Part shown: in pieces, positions 47,728 to 57,483 of the stretch | How the letters are laid out: each line of letters starts with the position of its first letter | How positions within the stretch are numbered: position 1 is the stretch's first letter | Assembly (NCBI GenBank): GCA_963820525.1 | Contig: CAWGAA010000001.1 | Coordinates: 2,464,001 to 2,528,000, forward strand | DNA from: an uncultured Spirochaetota bacterium | GTDB taxonomy: Bacteria; Spirochaetota; Spirochaetia; SZUA-6; Fen-1364 | Reading direction: 5' to 3' | DNA: 64,000 nt | Notes under the pieces: generated by a model | The model's database searches: none | Told to the model about the DNA's origin: nothing | The model's input: only the letters and a program-made list of their open reading frames with translations | Program-made: the position numbers and the translations under genes

Positions 47728-48752
47728 CCTCAAGCCCGGCGCAAGGCTTTGAAGCCATGAGAGAACATCCCAGGGTAGAGCTTTCCTGCGCCATCGCCGG
47801 AGTCCGCTTGAAGAACCCCCTCGTGCTCGCATCGGGCATCTGGGGGACAACTCCAGCCCTTCTCGTGCGGGCAGCGCAGTCGGGCGCCGGCGCCGTGACC
47901 GCCAAGACCTGCACTCCGTCGCCTCGAAGAGGCCACGGGAACCCGACCGCCATCGACTGGGGAGCCGGGCTTATCAACGCCATGGGACTCCCCAATCCGG
48001 GAGTCGAAGAGGAGACCGATCTCCTGCGTGAGGCGCGCGAAAAACTTGCCCCCCTCGGCGTCCCCCTCATCGCGAGCATCTCGGCGGACACGGCCGAGGG
48101 TTTCGCTGAGGCGGCCGCCCGGGTGGCGAGGGCGGCGCCCGACCTGATCGAGCTCAACATCTCCTGCCCCAATGTGCAGGCCGAGCACGGCGAGATCTTC
48201 GCCGCCAGGCCAGAGTGCGCCGCCCTCGCCACCCGGGCGGCCGTGTCGGCAACCTCGATTCCCTGCGTGGTCAAGCTCGCTCCGAACGTTCCTTCCATCG
48301 CGGAGATCGCCCAGGCAGTCGTGGAAGCCGGGGCGCGCGCCCTCACGGCCATCAACACGATGCCGGGCATGCTGATCGACGCGGATGCAGGGATTCCCGT
48401 GCTGGCAAACCGCGTGGGGGGAATCTCGGGGCCGGCATTAAAGCCCATTGCCCTGCGCTGCGTCTACGAGGCGGCCGAGGCAGTGAGCGTGCCCATCATC
48501 GGAACGGGGGGAGTTCTCTCGGGAACGGACGCGGTTGAGCTGCTCATGGCGGGAGCAACCGCCGTCGGAGTGGGCTCTGCGATCTGGTATCGGGGAGAGA
48601 GCGCATTCGGCTTGATCCTCTCCGAGCTCGAGGAGTGGCTTGGCAGCCGGGGATATGGCTCCCTCGATGAGGTGAGGGGGATTGCGCACCGATCGGCGAA
48701 GCCGAAGAAGGCCAGCAATCCGCCGCCGGTCCCGGGCTGGGTCAAGAAATGA
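47724..48752 (+). CDS. pyrD: Dihydroorotate dehydrogenase family 1B catalytic subunit
   Basis: [42 protein letters not shown]. Start may be 47757. Confidence 0.92.
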   Translation: MTSSPAQGFEAMREHPRVELSCAIAGVRLKNPLVLASGIWGTTPALLVRAAQSGAGAVTAKTCTPSPRRGHGNPTAIDWGAGLINAMGLPNPGVEEETDLLREAREKLAPLGVPLIASISADTAEGFAEAAARVARAAPDLIELNISCPNVQAEHGEIFAARPECAALATRAAVSATSIPCVVKLAPNVPSIAEIAQAVVEAGARALTAINTMPGMLIDADAGIPVLANRVGGISGPALKPIALRCVYEAAEAVSVPIIGTGGVLSGTDAVELLMAGATAVGVGSAIWYRGESAFGLILSELEEWLGSRGYGSLDEVRGIAHRSAKPKKASNPPPVPGWVKK

Positions 48753-49561
48753 AAAGCGCAGGACAGAATCATAATGCCCAGCTGCGCGCAGGCCACGCCG
48801 CGGCCATGCGCCCGGATGTGCCACGGGCTGCCAGAATCGCCCAACGGGTGGGGGAAAACTCGAAAACCGTCAGCCTAGTGCTCGAGGCGAGCATGACCGC
48901 CCAATGCGGGCAGTTCGCGATGCTGTGGCTCCCCGGCATGGACGAGAAGCCCTTCAGCATCGCCGCAAGCGACCCCCTGATGTTCACCATCGCGCGTGTG
49001 GGCCCCTTCAGCGAGGCGCTCCACGATCTCGGCCCCGGAGACCGGATCTGGTACAGGGGCCCGTTCGGAAGAGGATTCACGACTGCCCACGGCGGCTCCC
49101 TCCTCGTGGGAGGAGGCTATGGGGCGGCGCCGCTTCACTTCCTTGCCCGCGAGATCCTCGCATCTTCCAACCCCACGGCGAACGAGCGGGCGCCCGACGT
49201 GAGGCCGATCATCGTGATCGGCGCCCGAAGCGCCGCGGACCTGCTCTTTATCGACAGGTTCAAGGAGCTCGGGCTCGAGGTGCACGCCACCACGGAGGAC
49301 GGTTCCTCCGGCGCTAAGGGCTTGGTCACCGAGGCGGTAAAGCCGCTCCTCGATTCCGGGAGGGTCCGGCGGCTGTACTCCTGCGGCCCGGAGGCGATGC
49401 TCGAAGCCCTCGCCTCACTCTGTATTCAAGCGGGAGTAGAGGCCGAGCTTTCCCACGAGGCGTACATGCGCTGCGGTATCGGCATCTGCGGCGCCTGCGA
49501 GCACGGAGGAAGACTCGTGTGCATGGACGGACCCGTTTTCACAGTGCCTCCGCGCACGTGA
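48749..49561 (+). CDS. pyrK: Dihydroorotate dehydrogenase electron transfer subunit
   Basis: [51 protein letters not shown]. Confidence 0.9.
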   Translation: MKSAGQNHNAQLRAGHAAAMRPDVPRAARIAQRVGENSKTVSLVLEASMTAQCGQFAMLWLPGMDEKPFSIAASDPLMFTIARVGPFSEALHDLGPGDRIWYRGPFGRGFTTAHGGSLLVGGGYGAAPLHFLAREILASSNPTANERAPDVRPIIVIGARSAADLLFIDRFKELGLEVHATTEDGSSGAKGLVTEAVKPLLDSGRVRRLYSCGPEAMLEALASLCIQAGVEAELSHEAYMRCGIGICGACEHGGRLVCMDGPVFTVPPRT

Positions 49562-49688
49562 CTGGGCATGCCCCCTCTCGGGATACGGCGCTTGATACTG
49601 TGGAAGGCAAGGAGATAGAATTGCAGTACATGAAAGCGGCGGGCCCGAAGGAACGCTGTACGGAGAGCCGCACACGAGAGAGCGACGG

Positions 49689-50837
49689 ATGAGCGAGAAG
49701 AAGGACACCGATTCCCACCCCGCCGGAAAGCTCGAGAGAAACGAGACGACGCGACAAGCGCGGGAGGTGAGGGGTGAAGCACTGCTCTCCCAGACCCTGG
49801 ATCGCCTCCAGGGTCTGATCCTCGTGGTGAACGCTCAGAGAAAGGTCGTTTTCGCCAACCAGGCCTTCCTCGATTTTTTCTCCGCAGGGGATGCTGAAGA
49901 GATCTGCGGGATGAGGCCGGGGGAAATCTTCCACTGCGCCCACGCGGACGAGGCTGAGGGAGGATGCGGCGAGTCGGAAAGCTGCCAGTTCTGCGGCGTG
50001 GTGCAGGCGATCAGGGAAACCCAGGCCACAAGAAAGCCAGCCACGAGGGAATGCCACATCGCCAGGGGGGAGGAGGCGGAGGTCACCTCCCACGAGTTTC
50101 TGGCGCGAACGGTCCCCTTCGAGATCGGGGGCACCCCTTACGTTCTGGTCAGCCTCAGGGACGTGGGCGGCCAGAAGCGCAGGATCGCCCTGGAACGCAT
50201 CTTCTTCCATGACATTCTCAATACGGCCTCCAGCATCAAGGTCTACCTCGATCTGCTTCGAAACGGCTTAAGCGATGATGGAAACCGAAAGCTCCTGGAG
50301 CGGCTCGAATCGATCGCAGACATGCTGCTCGAAGAGATCCAGAGCCAGAAGATCCTCGTCTCCGCGGAAAACAAGACCCTCACGGTCCAGAAAAACCTCA
50401 TTGTATCGACCGGGTTCATCACGCGGATCATCCAGCCCTTCGAGGAGCTCGACATCTCCCGGGGGAAGAAGATCGTCGTCGCTCCGTTCTCCGAGTCCTT
50501 CTCCTTCATGAGCGACGATTCACTCCTGCGAAGGGTGATCGCCAACATGCTGAAGAACGCGCTGGAAGCCTCTCCGGAGGGCGCGACGGTGACGGTTGGC
50601 TTCGGCAAGATAGATGTCGAGCGCGTTCGGTTCTGGATCCACAACCCCACCTTCATCGAAGAGGTGATCCAGCGGCAGATCTTTCAGAGGTATTTCTCGA
50701 CCAAGGGGGAGGACCGGGGGCTGGGAACATACAGCATGAAGCTGCTCACCGAGGAGTACCTGGGGGGAAAGGTGGGATTCGAATCCACGCGGGAGAAGGG
50801 CACCACGTTCAGTGTGACCATCCCCGTCCGGCCATGA
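49689..50837 (+). CDS. Cytoplasmic sensor histidine kinase with a Cys-rich PAS-like domain
   Basis: RPGEIFHCAHA..GGCGESESCQFC; FFHDILN H-box; NMLKNALEA, FSTKG, GLGTYS. Confidence 0.85.
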   Translation: MSEKKDTDSHPAGKLERNETTRQAREVRGEALLSQTLDRLQGLILVVNAQRKVVFANQAFLDFFSAGDAEEICGMRPGEIFHCAHADEAEGGCGESESCQFCGVVQAIRETQATRKPATRECHIARGEEAEVTSHEFLARTVPFEIGGTPYVLVSLRDVGGQKRRIALERIFFHDILNTASSIKVYLDLLRNGLSDDGNRKLLERLESIADMLLEEIQSQKILVSAENKTLTVQKNLIVSTGFITRIIQPFEELDISRGKKIVVAPFSESFSFMSDDSLLRRVIANMLKNALEASPEGATVTVGFGKIDVERVRFWIHNPTFIEEVIQRQIFQRYFSTKGEDRGLGTYSMKLLTEEYLGGKVGFESTREKGTTFSVTIPVRP

Positions 50838-51337
50838 AGATCCGCATCATCATCACGGGCGGCACCTTCGACAAGACCTATGACGAGGTTCGGGGCAGCC
50901 TCACCTTTCGCGACACGCACCTCCCCGAGATCCTCGCCTTCACCCGCTGTACCGTTCCCATCGAGCTGGAGCTCAACCAGCTCATCGACAGCCTCGACAT
51001 GCAGGAGGCAAACCGCCTGCAGATCCTGGAGGCATGCACGCGGGCGGCCGAGCGGCTCATCGTAGTCACCCACGGAACCGATACGATGATAGAGACCGCG
51101 GGGGTGTTGGGCGCCGCCGCCCTGGACAAGACGATCGTGCTCACGGGCTCCATGGTGCCCTACACATTCACCAGCTCCGACGCCGTGTTCAATCTCGCCT
51201 CGGCCATCACGGCCGTCCAGCTCCTGCCCCGGGGAGTCTTCATCGCCATGAACGGCCGGATCTTTCCCTGGGACGACGTGAGAAAGAACAGGGAGGCAGG
51301 CGTCTTCGAGGAGAAAAGGGGGGATCGGCAGAAATGA
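50834..51337 (+). CDS. Short asparaginase-domain protein (N-terminal domain only)
   Basis: TGGTFDK, DSLDM, THGTDTM, LTGSM; 167 aa. Confidence 0.85.
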   Translation: MKIRIIITGGTFDKTYDEVRGSLTFRDTHLPEILAFTRCTVPIELELNQLIDSLDMQEANRLQILEACTRAAERLIVVTHGTDTMIETAGVLGAAALDKTIVLTGSMVPYTFTSSDAVFNLASAITAVQLLPRGVFIAMNGRIFPWDDVRKNREAGVFEEKRGDRQK

Positions 51338-52137
51338 GCGCGGCCAAGGGCGACCGAAAGCACGAGCGCGCCGCCCAGCCCTATGGGGAGCGGTTCGCCA
51401 GGATCTACAATCTGCGCTGGTCGGGGTTCGCGACGGCGGTCGCCCCGGTGATCCACGCCTTCTACAAGAGCCTTCCCATCGCCTCCTCCAACACCCGCCT
51501 CTTGGACGTTGCATGCGGGACCGGGCAGCTGATGGCCTGGTTCCTGGAGCGCGGCTACACGGTGACCGGCCTGGACGCCTCGGAGGCGATGCTGGCGATC
51601 GCCCGGCGCAATGCGGGCAGGTATGCCCGGGAGGGGAAGGCCGACTTCGTGCGCGCCGACGCCACGGACTTCCGCATCCAGCGCGGCTACGGCCTCGTTG
51701 TATCCACCTTCGATGCGCTCAACCACCTTCCCGACAGGGAGAGCCTCGGTTCGTGCTTTGCCTCCGTGCACCGTGTCCTCGCCCCCGGCGGCTGCTTTAT
51801 ATTCGACTTGAACACGGAGAAGGGGCTTCGGATGTGGAACTCGATCTCGGTCGAGGAGACCGACGAGCTTTTCATCGTCAACCGCGGGGTCTATGGAGAA
51901 GGGATGGGGAGCGCCTTCATGAAGGTCACCGGATTCGTGAAGGCCGAAAAGGAGCGCTACGAGCGCTTCGAGCAGACAGCCTACAACACGATTTTCTCCA
52001 TGCGCGAGGTGCATGAGGAGCTGGCCGGTGCGGGGTTCGCCGGCTCCTACTTCAGCACGGCGAAGGACTTGAGCGTGAAGGTGCACAGTCCCGAGGACCT
52101 TCCCCGGGTGTTCATCGTGGCCAGGAGAGCCGGGTGA
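51334..52137 (+). CDS. Class I SAM-dependent methyltransferase
   Basis: LDVACGTG, GLDASEAML, FDALNHL, LAPGGCFIFDLNT; ATGA overlap with the upstream gene. Confidence 0.85.
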   Translation: MSAAKGDRKHERAAQPYGERFARIYNLRWSGFATAVAPVIHAFYKSLPIASSNTRLLDVACGTGQLMAWFLERGYTVTGLDASEAMLAIARRNAGRYAREGKADFVRADATDFRIQRGYGLVVSTFDALNHLPDRESLGSCFASVHRVLAPGGCFIFDLNTEKGLRMWNSISVEETDELFIVNRGVYGEGMGSAFMKVTGFVKAEKERYERFEQTAYNTIFSMREVHEELAGAGFAGSYFSTAKDLSVKVHSPEDLPRVFIVARRAG

Positions 52138-53156
52138 GGAAACGCATCCTCACGGGAGACAGGCCGACGGGCAGGCTCCACCTCGGACACTATGTGGGCA
52201 CCCTGGCGAATCGCGTGCTCCTCCAGAACTCATACGAGTGCTTCTTCATCGTGGCTGACCTCCACACCCTCACCACGCGGCCGGAGAAGGCCCATGTCGA
52301 GGAGCTCGCATCCAACGTACGGGATATGGTGCTCGACTACCTCGCCGCCGGCATCGACCCCGAGCGAGCCACCATCTACCTCCAATCCGCCGTGCCCGAG
52401 GTATATGTGCTGAACCTCCTCTTCGAGATGCTGGTCACCGTCCCGCGGCTCTCCCGCATGCCCAGCCTCAAGGAGATGGCCAGGAACGCGGAGCTCGGCG
52501 AGATGCCCTTCGGGCTTCTGGGCTACCCGGTCCTCCAGGCCGCCGACATCCTCCTCCCCCGGGCGCACCTCGTGCCGGTGGGCAGGGACAACGTGGCACA
52601 CGTCGAGGTGACGCGCGAGATCGCCCGCCGATTCAACTCCCTCTACGGCGAGACCTTTCCCATCCCGGAAGTCCTCGTCGGGGATGTGCCCACCCTGGTG
52701 GGAACGGATGGAAGGGCGCGCATGTCCAAATCCCTCGGAAACGCCATCTTTCTCTCGGACGACAGCGAGACGGTGGCGAAGAAGGTGTCCGGCATGTACA
52801 CGGATCCCAAGCGGGTGCGCGCCGATATCCCCGGCACCGTCGAGGGCAACCCCGTATTCGACTACCACGACGCGTTCAACTCTGACAGGGCGGAGGTGGA
52901 AGACCTCAAGGATCGCTACAGGAAGGGGAAAGTGGGAGACCGTGAGGTGAAGGACAAGCTCGCGCGGGCCTTGAACGCCTTCCTGGATCCGTTTCGGCAG
53001 AAGAGGGACACGTATGCTTCCCGCACGAGCGTCGCGGAGGATGTCCTTTCGGCGGGCACCCGGCGGATGCGCGAGGTGGCCCGCGAGACCCTCGCTTCGG
53101 TGCGCGAAGCCACAGGCTTTGCCGCGCTGTGGAAGAGCATGGACATCGAGGAATAG
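52134..53156 (+). CDS. trpS: Tryptophan--tRNA ligase
   Basis: ILTGDRPTGRLHLGHYVG (HIGH), YPVLQAADI, VPVGRDN, RMSKS (KMSKS), MYTDP. Confidence 0.95.
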   Translation: MRKRILTGDRPTGRLHLGHYVGTLANRVLLQNSYECFFIVADLHTLTTRPEKAHVEELASNVRDMVLDYLAAGIDPERATIYLQSAVPEVYVLNLLFEMLVTVPRLSRMPSLKEMARNAELGEMPFGLLGYPVLQAADILLPRAHLVPVGRDNVAHVEVTREIARRFNSLYGETFPIPEVLVGDVPTLVGTDGRARMSKSLGNAIFLSDDSETVAKKVSGMYTDPKRVRADIPGTVEGNPVFDYHDAFNSDRAEVEDLKDRYRKGKVGDREVKDKLARALNAFLDPFRQKRDTYASRTSVAEDVLSAGTRRMREVARETLASVREATGFAALWKSMDIEE

Positions 53157-53167
53157 CCGGCAGGCCG

Positions 53168-53809
53168 TCAGTATGCCGCGGTGAAACGCTGCCGGATGTG
53201 GCGGGGATGTTCCAGCTCGTCCAGGAGCGCCACGGCGAAATCCTCCATGCTGATGAAGCTCCTGCCGCCTGCGTCGCGGACAAGCTGCTCCAGGCCCGTG
53301 CGATACTTTCCCGTGCGCTTTCCCGGCTCGATTCTGTCCGCCGGCGAGAAGGAAGTCCAATCGAGATTCTCGATGGACCGCAAAAACTCAAGCGCCTCGA
53401 GATGCGCGGCCGCGAGGGGCTTCACTTCCGCGGGGAAGCCGGGGGTATCCATCAGGCGGACGCCGGGAGAGACCTCGAGGCTTCCCGCGCCCCCGACGAC
53501 GATGAGGTTGCGGAGCGCGGCTCTCCGAAGCCCTTCAGCGAGGGCTCGTGCCGCATCCACCAGCATGGTCCAATTGCCCGTCTGCCAATCCGGTTGAATC
53601 GAGCTTACAACGGCATCCGAGTCTTTGACGGCGGCGGCGACGCTCGAGGCGTCCGTCACGTCTCCACGGGAAAGTGAGAAGCCGGGATAGCGTTCCGTAT
53701 CGCGCGAGGGATTTCGCACGATGCCCGTCACCTGGTGCCCGCGCGCAAGCGCCTCTCGCAGGATCCGCTTTCCGATCCTTCCCGTGGCGCCGAAGAGTGC
53801 AATCTTCAT
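53168..53809 (-). CDS. NAD(P)H-binding oxidoreductase (flavin reductase-like)
   Basis: KIALFGATGRIG, VVGGAGSL, WTSFSP, ISMEDFAVA. Confidence 0.88.
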   Translation of the reverse strand: MKIALFGATGRIGKRILREALARGHQVTGIVRNPSRDTERYPGFSLSRGDVTDASSVAAAVKDSDAVVSSIQPDWQTGNWTMLVDAARALAEGLRRAALRNLIVVGGAGSLEVSPGVRLMDTPGFPAEVKPLAAAHLEALEFLRSIENLDWTSFSPADRIEPGKRTGKYRTGLEQLVRDAGGRSFISMEDFAVALLDELEHPRHIRQRFTAAY

Positions 53810-54696
53810 TTCATGTTCCTTCCCACGGCGATCTCGATCCCCATCTCCCACGGGTCTCTCGCCGTAAGACGGCCGTCGTTGCGTGTCGTCGGTATGCCAG
53901 CGCCCGCCAGCCGCCGCGCGAGGCGCGCCTGTTCCTCTTCATGGGGAACGAGGATCATGAAGGACTCCAATCCCGCAGATCCCGACGGAGCGGGCGGCGC
54001 GCCCCGCGATGCCCACGTGTTCAGTCCGATATGGTGGTGATAGCCCCCGGCGCTCAGGAACAGCGCCCCCTGCAGCCGGGAGGTGACATCGAAGCCCAGG
54101 GTTTTGTGATAGAAGGCGGAGCCTTCCTCGATGCTCGATATCTGGAGATGGATGTGCCCGATGCGCGTTTCCCTGGGTATTCCCGAGGACGGCAGCCGGT
54201 CACGCTCGCCTTCGGCGAGCAGTTCCTCCAGATCGAGGGGATCGACGGCCATCCGGACAACGCCGCCATCCCATTTCCACTCTGACCGGGGCCGATCGCG
54301 GTAGATTTCGATGCCGTTGCCGTCCGGGTCTGAGAGGTAGAGGGCTTCGCTCACCAGATGGTCCGCCTGCCCGAAGGGGATTTTCCGCTCGATCAGGCGC
54401 CGGAGGACCCGGCCGAGGTCAGCCCGCGAAGGCAGGAGCACGGCGAAGTGATAGAGGCCCGAGGCGTTGCGGGGCATGGGACGGGCGCCGGGAGTCTCTT
54501 TCAGGCGGAGGAGAGGCAGGGCCTCCCCGCTTCCCAGAACGAGCCCTCCCCCTCCGCTCTCGAGGATCTCGAGCCCCAAGATATCGCGGTACAGCCCCGC
54601 CGAGCGTTCGAGGCTGGCTACCCGCAGGGTGACGCTCTCAAGTCTGGTCTCGGGATGGATCGCTTCAAAACGGCTCGCGGCCCCTTTTTCATTCAT
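53806..54696 (-). CDS. VOC family protein (CatE catechol 2,3-dioxygenase-like)
   Basis: GLYHFAVLLP, DHLVSEALYLSDPDGNGIEIYRDRP, IGHIHL, GGYHHHIGLNTW. Confidence 0.88.
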   Translation of the reverse strand: MNEKGAASRFEAIHPETRLESVTLRVASLERSAGLYRDILGLEILESGGGGLVLGSGEALPLLRLKETPGARPMPRNASGLYHFAVLLPSRADLGRVLRRLIERKIPFGQADHLVSEALYLSDPDGNGIEIYRDRPRSEWKWDGGVVRMAVDPLDLEELLAEGERDRLPSSGIPRETRIGHIHLQISSIEEGSAFYHKTLGFDVTSRLQGALFLSAGGYHHHIGLNTWASRGAPPAPSGSAGLESFMILVPHEEEQARLARRLAGAGIPTTRNDGRLTARDPWEMGIEIAVGRNMK

Positions 54697-54770
54697 CTCA
54701 TACTAGGGTATGAACGCGCGGGAAAAGCGGCAAGCGAGAGGATCACGCCTCCCTGGGGGCCGTCCTCATT

Positions 54771-55538
54771 TCATGGCAGGGAGGGTGCTGTGCCAAGCTG
54801 ATTCCGCGATCTGGACTGCGCGCGGTAGATGAGGCAATCCTGCAGGATTCCGATCAGAGCGTGGATAAAAATCGTGTAGAGGATCGAGCCTGTCGCCATC
54901 GCAATGACGCCGAAGACAATCCCGGCCAGGAGCGCGGCCCCGATCTCGGAGTCGGGGTGGCCGATATGAAACACAGTCGACAGGAGCGTCTGGCACATCA
55001 CCGCCACCACGGCTCCGCCGAGGGTGCGGGGGAGGAGGGCGGCAAGCGAAAAGAGCATGACTCCCCGAAAAGCGAACTCCCAGGCGACGTAGTAGAAAAG
55101 GAGATACGACGCCTCGTAGACGATGAACAGGCTCATCCGCAACATCGACTCCCGGGAATACGGATAGCGCCCCTTCATGTCGGGGTCCTTCGATCCGATG
55201 TAGCTCACGAGGAACGAGACCGGCAGGGCGATGAGGCAGAGAATTCCGCCCAGCCTCCAGTCTCCCAGCCTGATGCCGAGCATCCAGGGGGCCGGCTCTC
55301 CTCTCGCGCCGAGGTACGCAAGGGGAAGCGCGAAAAGGAGAATGAAGAAGCTTGCGAAATACGCCATGACGGCGGAGAAGTCTCCCGGGAATCTCCTCTT
55401 GAAGCTGGGGAGACTCAAAAGCGAGGCAAGGAGCGTGAAAGAAACACCGAGGAGGCAAAAAAGGGCGGCATACGGATCGCGCGCGATTTCAAGCGCCTTT
55501 CCCGCCGTCATGGACGGCCACCCCGCGAGGTGCTGCAT
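54771..55538 (-). CDS. CPBP/Abi (CAAX protease-like) intramembrane glutamic endopeptidase
   Basis: AWEFAFRG, FHIGHP, FIHALI in a multi-TM protein. Confidence 0.8.
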   Translation of the reverse strand: MQHLAGWPSMTAGKALEIARDPYAALFCLLGVSFTLLASLLSLPSFKRRFPGDFSAVMAYFASFFILLFALPLAYLGARGEPAPWMLGIRLGDWRLGGILCLIALPVSFLVSYIGSKDPDMKGRYPYSRESMLRMSLFIVYEASYLLFYYVAWEFAFRGVMLFSLAALLPRTLGGAVVAVMCQTLLSTVFHIGHPDSEIGAALLAGIVFGVIAMATGSILYTIFIHALIGILQDCLIYRAQSRSRNQLGTAPSLP

Positions 55539-56558
55539 CTACCGGCCTCCCGACGACCTGTCCAGGTACCCCATCGCCTTTTCCCGCAGATACCAATCCA
55601 CGATCGAGTTGACCTGCCTCTCGAAATCCTGATCCGGCGCATAGCCGAGCTCCTTCACCGCGTCGCATATGTCGTAGCTTGCATGCGACGTAATCCGGCT
55701 GATGCGGTAATAGGAGAGCATCGGCTCGTAGCTGGGGATAGCCGCATGGAGGAGCCTCATGAAGAGAGCGGCGACATACAACGGCGCGGCGGGGACCGGG
55801 ATCCTCTGGCACTTCCCGAGCCTGGCGAGGAGGATGGTGAAGAACATCCGCCATGTCACGTCCTGTCCGTTGGTCACGGAATACGCCTTGCCGTCGGCGC
55901 CGCGCATCTGGCAGGCCAGGAGGCAGGCCTGGGCGAGGTTCGAGACATAGCAGAAGCCGAAGATCCAGTCTCCCCCGCTGACGATGGGCGGAACTCCTCC
56001 TTCGATGGCCCTCAGGAGCTTGAGGCTCGTGGTCCTGTCGTTCGGACCGAAGACGTCCCCGGGGCGAAGGATGATCACGGGAAATCCGGTCTCGCGGTGC
56101 TGCTCCAGGAGAAACTCTTCCGCCGCCCGCTTGGCGCGCGTGTACGGCAGAAAAAACGCGGATCTCCCCGGCCGGGCCTCCGAGATTTCCCGCGCCCCGT
56201 ATCCGAGCACGAGCGTCGAAGAAATGAAGATGAAACGCTTCAGCGCGATCCCGCGGTCCCGAAGGTGGGCGACGAGGTTCACCGTCGCGTCCCGGATGTT
56301 GCGCAGGACCGACTTCGAGGAAGCGAGGTCGGAAACCATGGAGGCGGCATGGATGATGTAGTCGATTCTCGGGGGAAGCCGTATCGAATCAGGCTTCGAG
56401 AGGTCAACCTGGATCACGTTGACCGGAAGTCCCTCAAGGAAATGGAGGTCGGAGGTGGGTCTCACCATTGCGTGCACTTCGTAGGACCGGTCCAGGAAGT
56501 ACTTGCAGAGATTCGAGCCGATAAAGCCGTTTGCCCCCGTTATCACGACACTTTCCAT
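55539..56558 (-). CDS. NAD-dependent epimerase/dehydratase (3-beta-HSD-like)
   Basis: ITGANGFIG, IIHAA, YTRAK (YxxxK), LRPGDVFGP. Confidence 0.88.
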   Translation of the reverse strand: MESVVITGANGFIGSNLCKYFLDRSYEVHAMVRPTSDLHFLEGLPVNVIQVDLSKPDSIRLPPRIDYIIHAASMVSDLASSKSVLRNIRDATVNLVAHLRDRGIALKRFIFISSTLVLGYGAREISEARPGRSAFFLPYTRAKRAAEEFLLEQHRETGFPVIILRPGDVFGPNDRTTSLKLLRAIEGGVPPIVSGGDWIFGFCYVSNLAQACLLACQMRGADGKAYSVTNGQDVTWRMFFTILLARLGKCQRIPVPAAPLYVAALFMRLLHAAIPSYEPMLSYYRISRITSHASYDICDAVKELGYAPDQDFERQVNSIVDWYLREKAMGYLDRSSGGR

Positions 56559-56681
56559 CGAATCGCTCCGGCCTCCAAACTATAACGTCTGGGAGCGGCT
56601 TTTCAAGCCGGCGGCGCCGCGTTCATCCCCGCTTTGGGTACATTTGACTGGGGGAAGGGTCACAATTCAGATCAAGGGGGG

Positions 56682-57364
56682 ATGGCTATGGAGCCGACCA
56701 GGAGTTCTGTATTCGACGACCTTTTGAAGGAAGACCGCGAGTTCACTGCTCCCCCGTCCTTCAGGGATGGAGCCGCGGTCAAGGACGGCGGCATCTATGA
56801 AAGAGCGGCAAAGGATCCCGAGGCATACTGGGCCGAGGAAGCGAAAAGGCTCACGTGGTTCACGCCATGGGATCGCACCCTCGATTGGAAACCGCCCCAT
56901 GCCCGATGGTTTACCGGCGGGAAGAGATCAACGTCTCCTACAACTGCCTGGACCGCCACCTGGAGGGGCCCCGGAGAAACAAGGCGGCCTTGATCTGGGA
57001 AGGCGAGAACGGCGAGGTGAGGACCCTCACCTACCTTCAGCTCCACCGCGAGGTGTGTGCGTTCGCCAACTGCCTCAAGGACCTCGGCGTGGGCAAGGGA
57101 GATCGGGTGGCGATCAGCTACACCCCGGATCCCGCCCTTTCCGAGCAGCTGAAGCAGCACGTCGTAAAGAAGATCGGCGCCCTTGCCCGGCCTGAGGACA
57201 TCCTCTTCACTCGCGATCTTCCCAAGACCCGATCGGGAAAGATCATGAGGCGTCTCCTCAGGGACATCGCCGAGGGGCGGGCATTGGGGGACGTAACCAC
57301 CCTGGCGGACCCGGCGGTGGTGGCGGCGCTCAGGGACGACTACGAGGAGAAGTACGGGGCGTAA
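56682..57364 (+). pseudogene. acs: Acetyl-CoA synthetase remnant (frameshift plus large internal deletion)
   Basis: N-terminus ([15 protein letters not shown] / [25 protein letters not shown]) joined at about 57115 directly to the C-terminus ([14 protein letters not shown]); frameshift at about 56924. Confidence 0.88.
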
Positions 57365-57483
57365 AATCCGCGCGCATTCGGGCGCCCTGGCCTGATTCGC
57401 GAGAGATCCTCCTCCGGCCCTTGTCCACCTGCTGGTGGTTCGTATACAGTGACCGGATTCAAGAACAGCAGGAGGAAAAAACC

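Noticed and set aside
54771..55538. Abi-domain protein as a phage abortive-infection gene
   Set aside because: It is a CPBP/CAAX intramembrane protease in a metabolic context; the Pfam name does not imply defence.
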